From the human T2T-CHM13v2.0 reference genome, Homo sapiens, in contig CP068257.2 of NCBI GenBank assembly GCA_009914755.4, positions 8,576,001-8,640,000 on the forward strand: 64,000 bases of DNA, in the 5' to 3' direction. Positions within the stretch are counted from its first letter, which is position 1. Every line of letters starts with the position of its first letter. The notes beneath the pieces are model-generated. The model saw only the letters and a program-made list of their open reading frames with translations, searched no databases and had not been told where the DNA came from. Position numbers and translations under genes: made by a program. Of the stretch, positions 1 to 12,200 are shown one piece after another.

Positions 1-288
1 GGAGATATGTGATAGAAGATGGAGTTGTTGGAATGGAAAAAAAAAGTCAAATTTTACTTTGGATTAATCAGAGGGAAGAAAGCAAACAGACAGGAAAGGA
101 AAGGCAAGCTTAGCCAAGTTGAAGAGGCTGAACTCAGGAGGCAGTTGGAGAATAGGATCATAGTTTGAAGAGAGCTGCTAGGCTGTTTACTCCAGGTGAG
201 GATCATAATCCCAGAAGACCCAGTCACAAACACCATAACACTGAATGTTGAAATCCTGAAAGATTAAAATTCCTAAGGTCTAAATTCT

Positions 289-2670
289 CTTTTTTGTAGT
301 AGAGACAGAGTGAATTGGTTCATTCTCATGCTTCCAATAAAAACATACACGAGCCTGGGTAATTTACAAAAGAAAGAGGTTTAATTGACTCACAGTTCAG
401 CATGGCTGGGAAGGCTTCAGAAAACTTACAATCATGGTGAATGCAAACAAGAAGCAAGGCACCAGGAGGTGCTGAGCAAAAGGGGAAAAGCCCCTTATAA
501 AACCTTCAGGTATCACTCACTGTCATGAGAACACCACGGGGGTAACCACCCCCATGATTCAATTACCTCCAACTGGGTTCCTCCCATAACATGTAGGGAT
601 TATGGAAACTACATTTCAAGGTGAGATTTGGGTGGGGACAGAGCCAAACCATATCATTCTGCCCTCAGCCCCTTCCAAATTTCATGTCCTTACATTTTAA
701 AACATGATCTTGCCTTTCTAACAGTTCCCCAAAGCCTTAGCTCATTCCAGCATTAACCCAAATGTCCAAGTCCAAAGTCTTATCTTAGACAAGGCAAGGC
801 CCTTCTGCCTATGAGCCTGTAAAGTCAAAATTAAGTTAGTTACTTCATAGATACAATGAGGATATAGGCATTGGGTAAATACACCTGTTCCAAATGGGAG
901 AAATTGGCCAAAATGAAGGGACTGCACGCCCCATGCAAGTCCAAAATTCAATGGGTCAGTCAAATCTTGAAGCTCTGAAATGATTTCCTTTGACTTCATG
1001 TCTCACATCCAGGTCACGCTGAAGCAAGAGGTGGGCTCTCATGGCCTTGGGCAGCTCCACCCCTGTTGCTTTGCAGGGTACAGCCCTCCTCCTGGCTGCT
1101 TTCACAGGATGGTGCTGAGTGTCTGTGGCTTTTCCAGGCAATACAGTGTAAGCTGTCAGTGTATCTACCATTCTGGAGTCTGGAGGATGGTGGCCCTCTT
1201 CTTTCAGCTCCACTAGGAAATGCCCCAGTGGGGACTGTGTGGGGGCTCTGACCCCCATTTCCCTTCTGCACTCACTGCCCTAGCAGAGGTTCCCCATGAG
1301 GGCTCCGTCCCCATCACAAATTTGTGCCTGAACACCCAGGCATTTCCATGCATCCTCTGAAATTTAGATGTAGATACCCAAACCTCAATTCTTGACTTCT
1401 GTGCACCCACAGGCCCAACGCCTCATGTAAGCTGCCAAGGCTTGGGCCTTGTACCCTCTGAAGCCATGGCTTGAGCTGTACCTTGGCCCTTTAGCCATGA
1501 TTAGGACACAGGGCGCCAAGTCCTGAGACTGCACAGAGCAGCAAGTCCCTGCACCGGGCCCATTAAACCATTTTTTTCCTCCTAGGCCTCCTGGCCTGTG
1601 ATGGTTTGAGTTGCCGTGAAGGTCTCTGACATGCCCTGAAGACATTTTCCCATTGTCTTGGTGATTAATATTTAGCTCCTTGTTACTTATGCAAATTTCT
1701 GCAGCTGGCTTGAATTTCTCTCCAGAAAATGGGTTTTCCTTTTCTATCTCATCATCAAGCTGCAAAATTTTTAAAACTTTTATGCTTTGCTTCCTCTTGA
1801 ACACTTTGCTCCCTAGGAATTTATTCTGCCAGATACCCTAAACCATGTCTCTCAAGTTTAAAGTTCCACAGATTTCTAGGGCAGGGGCAAAATGCCATCA
1901 GTCTCTTTGCATAGCAAGAGTCATCTTTACTCCAGTTCCCAACAATTTCTCATCTCCATATGAGACCACCTCAGCCTGGACTTCATTGTCCATGTCACTA
2001 TCAGCATTTTCCTCAAAACCATTCTGCAAGTCTCTAGGAAGTTCCAAACTTCCTCACATTTTTCTCTCTTCTTCCGAACCCTGCAAACTGTTCAACCTCT
2101 GCCTGTTACCCAGTTCCAAATTCACTTCCACATTTTTAGGTATCCTTATAGCAACGCCCCACTACCTCAGTACATATTTACTGTATCAGTCCATTCTCAT
2201 GCTGCTAATAAAGACATAACCAAGCTTGGGTAATTTATAAAGTAAAGAGGTTTAATTGACTCACAGTTCATCATAGCTGGGGAGGCTTCAGGAAACTTAC
2301 AAGCATGGTAGAATGCAAAGGGGAAGCAAGTCACCTTCTTCATGAAGTGGCAGGAAGGAGAAGCACAAGCAAAGGGGCAAAAGCTCCTTATAAAACCATC
2401 AGATCTTGTGAGAACTCACTCACTATCATGAGAACAGCATGGGGGTAACTGCCTCCATGATTCAATTACCTCCCACTGGGTCCCCATCATGATATGTGAA
2501 GATTATGGGAACTACAAATCAAGATGAGATTTGGTTGGAGACACAGCCAAACCATATCATGGGGTCTCACTTTATTGCCCCGGCTGATTTCAAACTCCTG
2601 GGCTCAAGTGATCCTCCTGACTTGGCCTCCCAAAGTGCTGGGAATACAGGCATGAGCCACCATGCCCAGT
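289..2670 (-). repeat. Free Alu monomer (FLAM/FRAM-like), minus orientation, split in two pieces (289-310 and 2560-2670) by the THE1 insertion. Flanked by a target-site duplication 'tcctaa(g/a)gtctaaattct' at 271-288 and 2670-2688.
   Basis: Left piece 'ttttttgtagtagagacagag' plus right piece 'ggggtctcactttattgccccggctg...cctcccaaagtgctgggaatacaggcatgagccaccatgcccagtcc' together read as the reverse complement of an Alu left monomer. The 18-nt direct repeats sit immediately outside both pieces. Confidence 0.6.
311..2559 (-). mobile_element. Full-length THE1-class ERVL-MaLR element, ~2.25 kb: LTR 311-656, non-coding internal region 657-2181, LTR 2182-2559.
   Basis: Both LTRs match the THE1/MST consensus in reverse complement ('...tgatatggtttggctgtgtcc ccacccaaatctcat...ctcactcactatcatgagaacagcatggggg...ttataaattacccaggctcgtgtatgtt'). 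The two LTR copies are ~85-90% identical to each other. The internal part matches THE1-int ('ccccttccaaatttcatgtccttacattttaaaac...ctatgagcctgtaaagtcaaaattaagttag...'). Confidence 0.8.
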
Positions 2671-2857
2671 CCTAAAGTCTAAATTCTTAACATCTAAAAT
2701 CCAGAAAATCACAGTGACAGGAGAGTTGTACCAAGTTAGTTGCATCGTGTTAGGTACAACTGTTGCTTTGTTTTCTTTTTATTTGGAAATTATGTATGGT
2801 TTAAGGAGGTCCATATGGGTGCCAAATCTACAAGGGGTGGACTTGCAGACTTAATTT

Positions 2858-2990
2858 CAGGTGTCAACTTGACTGGATTAAGGAATCCCTGGAAAGCTGG
2901 GACAGCATTATTTTGGGTATGTCTGTGATGGTTTTCTCAGAAGAGATCAGTGTGTGGGTCTGAGCGGACTAGGTGGGGAAGATCTGCTGT
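2858..2990 (+). repeat. Fragment of an LTR-type repeat ('ggtgtcaacttgactgg.ttaaggaat.cc...' family).
   Basis: ~130-bp match by memory to a common primate LTR consensus beginning 'ggtgtcaacttgactgggctaaggaatgcccagatagctgg...'. Confidence 0.35.
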
Positions 2991-3562
2991 CACTGTTTTG
3001 AATGTCCTGAATATCACAGAAGAAGTTAAAATGAAAGTAAAAAATGGACAAAATCTTGTCTGCCAAATTATGTAATCATGTACCAAACACCTCTACAGGT
3101 AGCACCATGCTTGCCTTCACAAAATGCCTTTTGTGAGATAATAAAAATAGTTCAACAAATTCAGTGGCCTTCTGAGCCAGACACCTCCTGGCACAGAGCT
3201 TCCTCTAGTGCTACAAGACATATTAAATCATGAACTATTCTTGATTAGGGATTTGACTGTCAAAAAAGATAAACATGTTTATTTACCACTAAGTTTAACA
3301 TAACAAAACTGGTGCATGTTTCACTTTGGCTGATGAACGGCACTTTCAAAACTGTCCCCAGTGGGTTTTTTAAATCAACTTTATACAGTTTATGCCCCCA
3401 TTGGATTACAAAATTCTGTAATTTAATCTGCATGTTTATGGTTTCATAACTGGAAAAAGTGAAGTACTTTTTAAAAGCTTATTTGAAGATTTGGAGGGCT
3501 TTGCAGAAGAAAATAGATTTCAATTGCATCCCCAAATTATAATGACAAGTTTTTAATTAGGT

Positions 3563-4123
3563 GTGATCAAGGCTTCTAAAAGTGAAATGCAAGTTGTTAC
3601 CAGTAAAGTTTATATCTTCCATTCAGCCCAGCTCATTTGCCAGAAAATTCAGATGAGTGGATTGGCCAGGCCATCTGGCAATGATGAAAATTTTAGTTTA
3701 AAAATGTGTCATTTGTCTGTATTGGCATTCCTTCCACCTGATAAAATTCCAGGAGCTTTTGATAAATTAAAACCACAATTGCCTGAAGAAGACAGAAATA
3801 TTACATACTGGTTTGAAAATAATGATGTGCAAGGTAGGATAAGAAGTCATTTAGGCAATGGTGTTGCTGTTCAATCAAAAGTATTGTTTCTGAAAAATGA
3901 GTGTCCTGTATATGAGGGCCTGCAAAATGGATTTCCACATACTCAAAATAATAGACGAGAATGGCATAGAAGATTGGAAAATGTAATAGGAAATGTTCAT
4001 GTCAGTGTGTATCAAATTATAGAAGAATTTCAAAAAGAGCAGTGCCACGTAGAAAATGAATGTGAATGTATTTTATCAGGAGAGTCAAATCCTAAAAACA
4101 AAAAAGACAACTATTCATCGTGA
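3563..4123 (+). other. Isolated 186-aa ORF in AT-rich unique DNA. No family recognised. Possibly a decayed transposase fragment or a chance ORF.
   Basis: ORF track. It has no splice-like flanks, no recognisable catalytic motifs, and no stop codon for 561 nt in sequence of ~35% GC. Confidence 0.15.
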
Positions 4124-4835
4124 TGCATGACTTCAAAATATAGCTAATGATCATGAAAGTCAGCCAGCTATGATGAACTCTGCAAATGCCCATAATCTAT
4201 CCATGTAATATACTTTTTATGTGTCAATTTTCTTTTTAGTTGTTTCTTTTTCAATTTTTCCACTATTTTAAATTGTCACCATTATTTTTTACAAGTTGCT
4301 ATGCTGTGTATTTCATCTTAGTATCACTTCAATACTGAAGGTATAAATTTTGCAAAGACTTTTAGAGAATTCTAATTTGTTTTATGCATTTTTTTTGCAA
4401 ATTTAACTCCACAAGAGTGCATTATCACAACACTGACTTTGTGTGTAACCATTGCACATGCACATAAAAACATTAAAGTTTCCTCAATAAATGAGAAGAT
4501 ATCCTTTTTGCACATTTGCATTTGGGAAAGAGAAAATTCCTCAGGATCTCAGCTCTTTGACTACATATTAGATGGTGACCCATCCCAGCTTTTGATGAAT
4601 CTGGTCAAAAGACTTAGGTTGTCACAATATTCCAGATGACCTAAGTTATAAAGCTGAGTGCACCCAGTTACCAACCATGCTTTTATACATTTTGCTTTTT
4701 GACCCATTTATTTACAAATACAACTCATCTGCTCATTACCATTATACCCGTGAGACTATCGTTAGCATACCTGAGTTTTATGCTTGCAAATATATGTATG
4801 TTATTATTGCCTATTGATTGTGTAAAGTGGCCTAG

Positions 4836-5197
<362 letters not shown>

Positions 5198-6710
5198 AAT
5201 AAATGCTTTTTAAAGAATGTGTTAATAATTTTTTTCCAGAATTGTATGTTCAGAATTTTGATTTTTTAGGATTGTAATTTTCAGGATTTTAGACTGTACA
5301 GATTTTGATCTTTTGGGACTTCAACATTCGGGATTACGACGTTTACGATTGTGTTTTCCTGGGCTGTGGCCCAAACTCGTGTGGTCCAACACTATTTCAC
5401 ATGAGAGGAAAGCAAACCACGTGCACAGATGCAATGAAGGCTTAATTAGGAATCTTGTATAGATTATATCCCAGGAAAACATGATTAAGATGATACATAA
5501 CGACTTTTTTTCCCCCAGTGAAAAAGATCCACATTCTTTTTCTTGTGTGGAATTAAACACAATTTCTGAATCAATGTAAGTGAATGCAAATCACCACGTT
5601 CACTTAGCTGATGCTCCTTTATTAACAGGGATAGAAAGGAGGTCATTCGAAGAGATGATGGCACGGGACCCAGGACCTGAGGAAGCTGCAGTGGGTGAAG
5701 GGGAGAAACAGGAGCAGGGGCTGGAGAAAGAGTGGGGAGTCATCAACCACCCTCCTTTCTCCTGGCGTCTGGTTTTCGGAGCCCAGAGGTCTTCTCTAGG
5801 GCCTCAGAGAAGCTTCCAAGTCTGTTCATTTCTCTTTCCCCACCCCTGCTTGTATCACAAATAAAGAAATTATTGACAACTGAATTCCTGACTAGGTGGC
5901 AGGATTTTAGGGACCCTTCACCTCGTCTGAAACTCATGAAGGTAGTGGGAATCCCATGGGTTAGTTAGCAATAGTCCCTGAGATTATTTGGTCATATAAA
6001 TAATCAGAAAACTCATAGTCATCTTGCTTTTCTTATAATGCCCAGCTGGGGGATGGTGGGGGTAGGTAGGACTGGAGTGAGAAGAGATAGAACCAGAGAT
6101 GGCTTTCATGTATGGGGATCTCCAGAGCAATCAGGCCTAAGTACAACCAAGAAGGGTCTTGAAGCCGCTCTGGTGAGGGCAGCCTGGTCTCAGGCCCCAG
6201 CTCACACCAAGAACGTCACCTGTCTGACTGGGAAGCTTAAGCAATGTGTTTCTGTTTTTGCTTTTGTTTTCTGGTAAAGAATTCAATGTCATTAGCTACA
6301 TTCACAATGCTGTGCAATCATCACCACTATCCATTTCTGAAACATTCTATCATCCCAGACAGGAACTCTGTGCCCATTAGACACTAACCCCGCCCATTTC
6401 CACCTCCTGCCAGTCCTGAAAACCTCTATTCTGCTTTGTGTCTCTATTAATTTGCCTGTTCCAGGTTCTTCATATAGATGGAATCACGTAGTCTGTGTTT
6501 GACGTCTGACTTAGCATAATGTTTTTAAGTTTTATCTATGTGGTAGCAAGTATCAGAATTCCCTCCCTTTTTAAAGATCACTAATATTCCATTTTATGTC
6601 TATACCACGTTTTGTTTATCCATCTATCCCTCAATAGACTTTTTAGGTTGTTTCCACCTTGTGGTTCCTGTAAATAAGGCTGCTGTAATGCTGCAATGAA
6701 CACAGGTGTA

Positions 6711-7243
6711 GCAGGCAGGTGTGGTGGCATGTGCCTGTAGTTCCTGCTACTCAGGCATCTGAGGCAGGAAGATTGCTTGAGCCCAGGAGTCCTGGGCTGC
6801 AGTGTGCTGTGTTGATCAGATGTCTGCACGAAATTAGACATTAGTACAGTGACCTCCTGGGATAAGGGACTACCAGGTTGCCTAAGGAGGGGCGAATCGG
6901 CCTGGGTTGGTGACAAAGCAGGGCACAACTCCCAGTTTGACCAGCAGGGGGTCATGCCTGTGGATAGTCACGCAGCAGGGAGATCCTGCCCGTGGACAGC
7001 CCCGCAGCAGGGAGATCGTGCCTGTAAACAGCCCCACAGCAGGGGGTCATGCCTGTGGACAGCCCCTCACCAGGGGTTCGTGCCTGTGGACAGCCCCGCA
7101 GCAGGGGATTGTGCCTGTGGACAGCCCCGCAGCAGGGGGTCGTGCCTGTGGACAGCTCCCCAGCAGGGGGATCATGCCTATAAACAGCCCCTGCACTCCA
7201 GGCTGGGAAACAGAATGAGACCCTATTTATTAAAAAAAAAAAA
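6711..7243 (+). pseudogene. 7SL (SRP RNA)-derived retropseudogene with poly-A tail, nested in the L1. Flanking TSD 'gaacacaggtg' at 6701-6711 and 7248-7258.
   Basis: Collinear match to 7SL RNA: 'gtgcctgtagt.cc.gctactc.gg...ggaggat.gcttgag.ccaggagt.ctgggctg.agtg.gct.tg..gatc.g.tgtc.gcac.aa.tt.g.cat.a.ta..gtgacctcc.ggga...gggaccaccaggttgcctaaggagggg.gaa.cggcc.gg...a.aa.gcagg..a.aactccc.gt...gaccag.agggg.atc..gcctgtg.atag.cac'. Ends in A15 at 7229-7243. Confidence 0.8.
6942..7200 (+). repeat. Tandem array of ~8 units of 28-34 bp (consensus ~'cagcagggggtcatgcctgtggacagccccg') inside the 7SL pseudogene.
   Basis: Units begin at ~6942, 6973, 7005, 7037, 7071, 7099, 7130 and 7162. The unit corresponds to the 7SL 3' Alu-domain segment 'cagtagtgggatcgcgcctgtgaatagccactg'. 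Confidence 0.85.
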
Positions 7244-7412
7244 AAGAGGGGGGTGGGGTGGGGAGAGAACACAGGTGCACAAGTATCTATTTGAGTAACT
7301 GCTTTCCATTCTTTTGAAGATAGATATAGGTAGATAAAGATACAGATATAGAGATTTATAGATGTGAGTGGGATTACTGAATCATATGGTAATTCTATGT
7401 CTAAATTCTTGA

Positions 7413-7835
<423 letters not shown>

Positions 7836-7880
7836 TGATTTTTTCTTTTTTGATAGCAGCCATCCTAATCGTTGTGCAGT

Positions 7881-7903
7881 GTGTGTGTGGGGGGGGGGGG
7901 GGG
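7881..7903 (+). repeat. (GT)4 followed by a G15 homopolymer.
   Basis: 'gtgtgtgtggggggggggggggg', read directly from the sequence. Confidence 0.9.
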
Positions 7904-8802
7904 TTTAATATCACATTGGTGATTCTAATGCGTAACCAGGAAAGAAAAGCTTGGATTCTGGGTCTCAATTTTTCATCTAGGTAAACCAGAGCAAATAAAA
8001 CCTATTGAAGAGTTCTCCTGATGATTGAATGAGTTTCCCCATAGAAGGCAAAATCTACAAATGTTGGTTCCTCTCTTAGTCCCTTGGAATTCTACTAAAC
8101 TTCCGGCCTCAACATACAGAGAAACTCTCTGAAGCCTAAAACTATGCAGATTTGACACAGGGCTGATTTTAACTTCTGTTTTGCTTTTACTCTATAGGTA
8201 GCTGCAGATGTCACATGTGTCCTCCATGACATCTAAACAGCACTACACCTGCACCAGCTTTCCTCTCAAATTAACTACTCATCAGTTCTATTATTAAACA
8301 AACAAGGAGCAGCTGTAATACTGAAGGAATGCGTGGAATTGTGCTTTAAAATTACATCTCTGCCAACACTTTTAGTTTGCTTGTTGAATAACTACAAGTT
8401 TTCCAGTTAAATTAATAGAATACATTATACCCATAAAATCCTGAAATACTTGACAATACACACAACAAAATATTTTACAAGTAGAGAATATAATAAATGT
8501 ATGACACTTTAGAAATTCATTGAGATAGGTTTAAACAGTGTTTACTTTTATTTGGTGTGCTTTCTTTCATCTCACAGTAATAAGCTGTGGTTTAGTTTAT
8601 CGGCTGAATAGTCACTATGCAGTCTTTTGTAAAATTGTGGAGGTTCGCAGTAATGTGATTATTGAGCTTCAACAGAATACACAGAAGATCCCAGGAACCA
8701 CCAACTAATCCATCCACTATGCAGTATCTAAAGTGTTTGCAAAAATAAAAAACAACAACAACAACAAAAAAAACTGAACAGCTGACTTGTAGCAAAGCTA
8801 TC

Positions 8803-8865
8803 AGGTTAGTGCAAAAGTAATTGTGGTTTTGCCATTGAAAGTAATGAAAGTAATTGAAAGAATAG
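8803..8865 (+). repeat. MADE1/Hsmar1 mariner terminal fragment.
   Basis: 'caggttagtgcaaaagtaattgtggttttgccattgaaagtaatg' against the MADE1 consensus 'ttaggttggtgcaaaagtaattgcggtttttgccattaaaagtaatggc'. Confidence 0.65.
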
Positions 8866-10297
8866 GTGTTCTAGCTGGACATTCTACAATGCATGCCACA
8901 ACCATGGATCAATTGTGTATTGAAAACCCAAACCAACTGAGGATCACTGCTGTGCATTATTCCCATCGTGTCATAATGTGGCAAACTAAAACTAAGGACT
9001 TGTAACAAGGGATTTTCAGAGGGAGAGCAAACATATTGGTTAAAGCAAAGAAAACTGGCAATTTTCAATTTTCTCAAATCAAACTATTCACTACTTTGTA
9101 CCCTTCTTTACAAAATCCAGAACTTTAGATAGGATTACCCTTAGGTAAAACTGTAAAATGAGCAGCTTCTGATCAATAGGCCTCAACTCCTTTTCCCTTC
9201 TGTATCACAGACCGTGTGGGTGAATCCATCACGTGACCTAATATGATTTGGCCAGTTGGGAAAGGTCTTTTTAAAGAACTAACACTCAGGCTGGGATCTA
9301 GAGCAAAGCACCGTAAACTTGAATGTGCATATGAACCACCTGGGCACCTTGTCAACAAGCAGATTCTGATTCATTGGATCTAGGGTGGTGCCTCAGCTCT
9401 AGCAAGCTCCCAGAGATGCCTATGTGACTGCCTTGGACATCAGTTACAGTAGCAAGAATATAAGCAGATACCAGCCAACAAAGCAGGAGTGAATGCTTCA
9501 TGGCCCAGGCAGCCCTGGACCACGCCAGCTCAGGGATCTGAGAAAAGAGTAACTGGACTGAGGTCTATGAGTGCTTCCATGAGAGGTGAGGCTGAGAAGG
9601 TGGACAAGATCTAGGTTAATGTGTTAACTTCCTACTAAATGCAAGGCTAGGCTCTGCATAAACAGAAACAAATAAGGCAAACCTAGTCCTTGCATCTTTA
9701 GAGCTTGCAGTCTAGCAGAATTATTTCGTGGGTAGAAAATCATTAAATATTTTTAAACGAAGGAGAGACATGATCTAATTGAAATTTTTAAAGAACCTCT
9801 CTGGGTGTGCCATAGAGAAGGTATTGGAGAGGCAAAAAGTTGGAAAGAGGAGTATATGTTTGCAGATCAGCTGAAAGATGCGGATGGCAGAAGCGGATAA
9901 TTTTAGCACATATTTTGAAAGTGAAATAACAGTACTTGGTTGCAAGTTGTGATGGTAGGGTGGTTGCAGGAAGAAGAAAGCATCAAGGATGATGATGCTT
10001 TCTGGAAGAAGCAAATGGGTAAATGGAGACGATTTTTATAAGGAATGGTAAGGCTGAAGAAGAAATAAACTAACAAAAGGGAAATGATTGAGGAAGTGGC
10101 ATAGATGTGGGGGCAGAACTCAAGAGTTTTGAATTCTGATTTTAGGAATGCCTGTGAAAATCCCAGTGGAGATTTCAAGATGGCAGGTGCACATAATGTT
10201 TTGGAGCTTGGGAGGAGAGGTCTGTAGGAGCCATATGCATATCAATGGTATCTAAAGCCATAGGAATTAGTAAAACCTTGTCTAGAGTCTGTGTAGG

Positions 10298-10516
10298 CAG
10301 GGCTGTCCAATCTTTTGGCTTCCCTGGCTGTATTCAAATAAGAAGAATTGTCTTGGGCCACACATAAAATATACTAACATTAACAATAGACGATGAGCTT
10401 AAAAAATCATAAAATATCTTATAATGCTTGAAGAATGTTTACAAATTTGTGTATGGCTGCATTCAAAGCTGTCCTGGGCCACACGTGGCCCACAGGCCAT
10501 GGGTTGGACAAGCTTA
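10298..10516 (+). mobile_element. MER-type non-autonomous DNA transposon (MITE-like, ~220 bp) with terminal inverted repeats '...gctgtccaa / ttggacaagc...'.
   Basis: 'cagggctgtccaatcttttggcttccctggc...ttgtcttgggccacacataaaatatactaac...ggctgcattcaaagctgtcctgggccacacgtggcccacaggccatgggttggacaagcttag'. A second copy lies at 53391-53596. Confidence 0.6.
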
Positions 10517-10802
10517 GTATGGAATAAGAACAGAAGAGGACCCAGGATTTAGGAACTTCAACATTTAAAGTTTGGGCAAAGAGGGAGAAGCTGATAAGAA
10601 AATAGTTCAAGCTAGAGGAAGAGGTCAGGGGTCTACTCTACCGAATGTTCCTGAGACCCCATTGGACTTATATATTACATAATATGTACAATATATGTTA
10701 CTTTGGTGATGGATACCCTAATAGCTTTGAACTGACCACTATGCATGGGACAAAATTGCACATGTATCCCATAAATTTTATATAAACAAAGGTAAATAAA
10801 TA

Positions 10803-11086
10803 GAAGGAAGGAAAGGAGAAAGAGAGAGAAGGAAGGAAGAAAGGAAGGAAGGAAGGAAGGAAGGAAGGAAGGAAGGAAGGAAGGAAGGAAGGGCGAGGAA
10901 AGGAAAGGAAAGAAGGAGAGGAGAGTGAGGAAAGGAAGAGAAGGGAAAAGAAAAGAAAGGAAAGGAAAGGAAAGGAAAGGAAAGGTAAGGGAAGGAAAGA
11001 AGGAAGGGAGAGCAAGGGAAGGTTAGGAAAGGGAGGGAAGGAAGGAAGAGAGAAAGAAAGAGGAAAGAAGGAGAGAGAGAGAAAGA

Positions 11087-11150
<64 letters not shown>

Positions 11151-11172
11151 GGAGAGAAAGAAAGAAAGAGGA
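10803..11172 (+). repeat. Long polypurine microsatellite block: (GGAA)n, (GAAA)n, (GGAAA)n and (GA)n, about 370 bp.
   Basis: Runs such as (ggaa)14 and (gaaa)15 are directly visible. The + strand is almost 100% A/G. The 161-aa and 96-aa minus-strand ORFs here are low-complexity artefacts ('FLSFFLSFFLS'). Confidence 0.95.
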
Positions 11173-12039
11173 ATAGTGTTCATGATGTTTAGGAATCACC
11201 AATTCTGGGGGTGCTGAATTGTGTCCCCCCAGATTCCTATGTTGAAGAGCTGATCCCCACTGCCTCAGAGGGACTGATTTAGAGAAGGCATTCAAAGAGG
11301 TAAGTGAGGTCAAATAAAGCCATATGGGTGGACCCTAAACCAATATGGCAGGTGTCCATCTAAAAAGAGATTGAGACACAGGCAACACAGCCTGAGGACA
11401 CAGCAAGAAGGGAGGCATCTGCAAGGCAGCAGTTCTCAGAAGAAGGCAAACCTGCTGACATTCCATCGTGGATTTCCAGTCTTCAGAGCTTGAGAAGATA
11501 AACCACTCAATCTGTGGCAGCTTGTGATGGAAGCCCCTAGCACTCTTATATGGTGACCTTAGCACAAGCAGTTTCATAGGCTTGATGAAAGTGAAAGCCA
11601 AACTGACCTGAATAAAGAGTGAAAGGAAAATGAGCAAAAGGAGATAGTAAGTGTGGAAAATACTTGAGAAAAATTTGCCAAGAAAGGAGGAGATGACTTG
11701 ATAGCTAGAAAGACACACAGAGTCAAAGTTAAGGTTCCTCCAAAATAGAATATATTTTAAATGAAAAATTTATATTTAAATGCTGACAGAATGCATCAAG
11801 AAGGAGAGAGACTGAAGATGCAGATGACAAATGGAAAAGCAATGAACAGAATCCCTGAAAAGTCAGGAAAAGAAGGGAGATTATTAGAGGGATGTCCTTT
11901 TACAGGAAGAGGAACAATTCCTCCACTGCCCCAGGATTTAAAAAGCTTATAAATTACAGGTAACATTCTACCTAATTATAGAGCTTTATGCTTTTCAATA
12001 AATTTTATTGTACATAATACAGTCACTCTGTGAATTCAG

Positions 12040-12200
12040 TGAGACAGATAGTTATCCACATTTTACATAAAAAGAAAGAAAAGGCAGAAAAGAAGTGATT
12101 TGCTTGAAGTAACACAGAAATAGCTGGTAGAACCATGTACTGTGTAGATGGCAGGGCTCCTGACTTCTCATTTCACACCAGAAATGTAGACAGAATTAGA
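12040..12200 (+). repeat. Possible MIR SINE fragment.
   Basis: 'ttttacataaaaagaaagaaaaggcagaaaagaagtgatttgcttgaagtaacacagaaatagctggtagaacc' resembles the MIR core 'tttacagatgaggaaactgaggcacagagaggttaagtgacttgcccaaggtcacacagc.agtaagtggcagagc'. Confidence 0.35.

Noticed and set aside
5230-5345. Internally repetitive 'ggatt.taatttt / gattttgatctttt / attcgggattacgac' stretch, possibly a DNA-transposon (MER-type) terminal fragment
   Set aside because: I recall a similar 'cagaattttggatttt...' repeat family but cannot match it confidently. It is too short and degenerate to call.
6942-7200. Could the regular ~31-bp direct repeats be a CRISPR array?
   Set aside because: The units are contiguous with no unique spacers. 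The sequence is derived from 7SL RNA and sits in primate repeat-rich DNA. This is a eukaryotic minisatellite, not CRISPR.
10698-11313. 161-aa and 96-aa minus-strand ORFs
   Set aside because: They are translations of the (TTCC/TTTC)n strand of the polypurine microsatellite ('FLSFFLSFFLS'). It is a low-complexity artefact.
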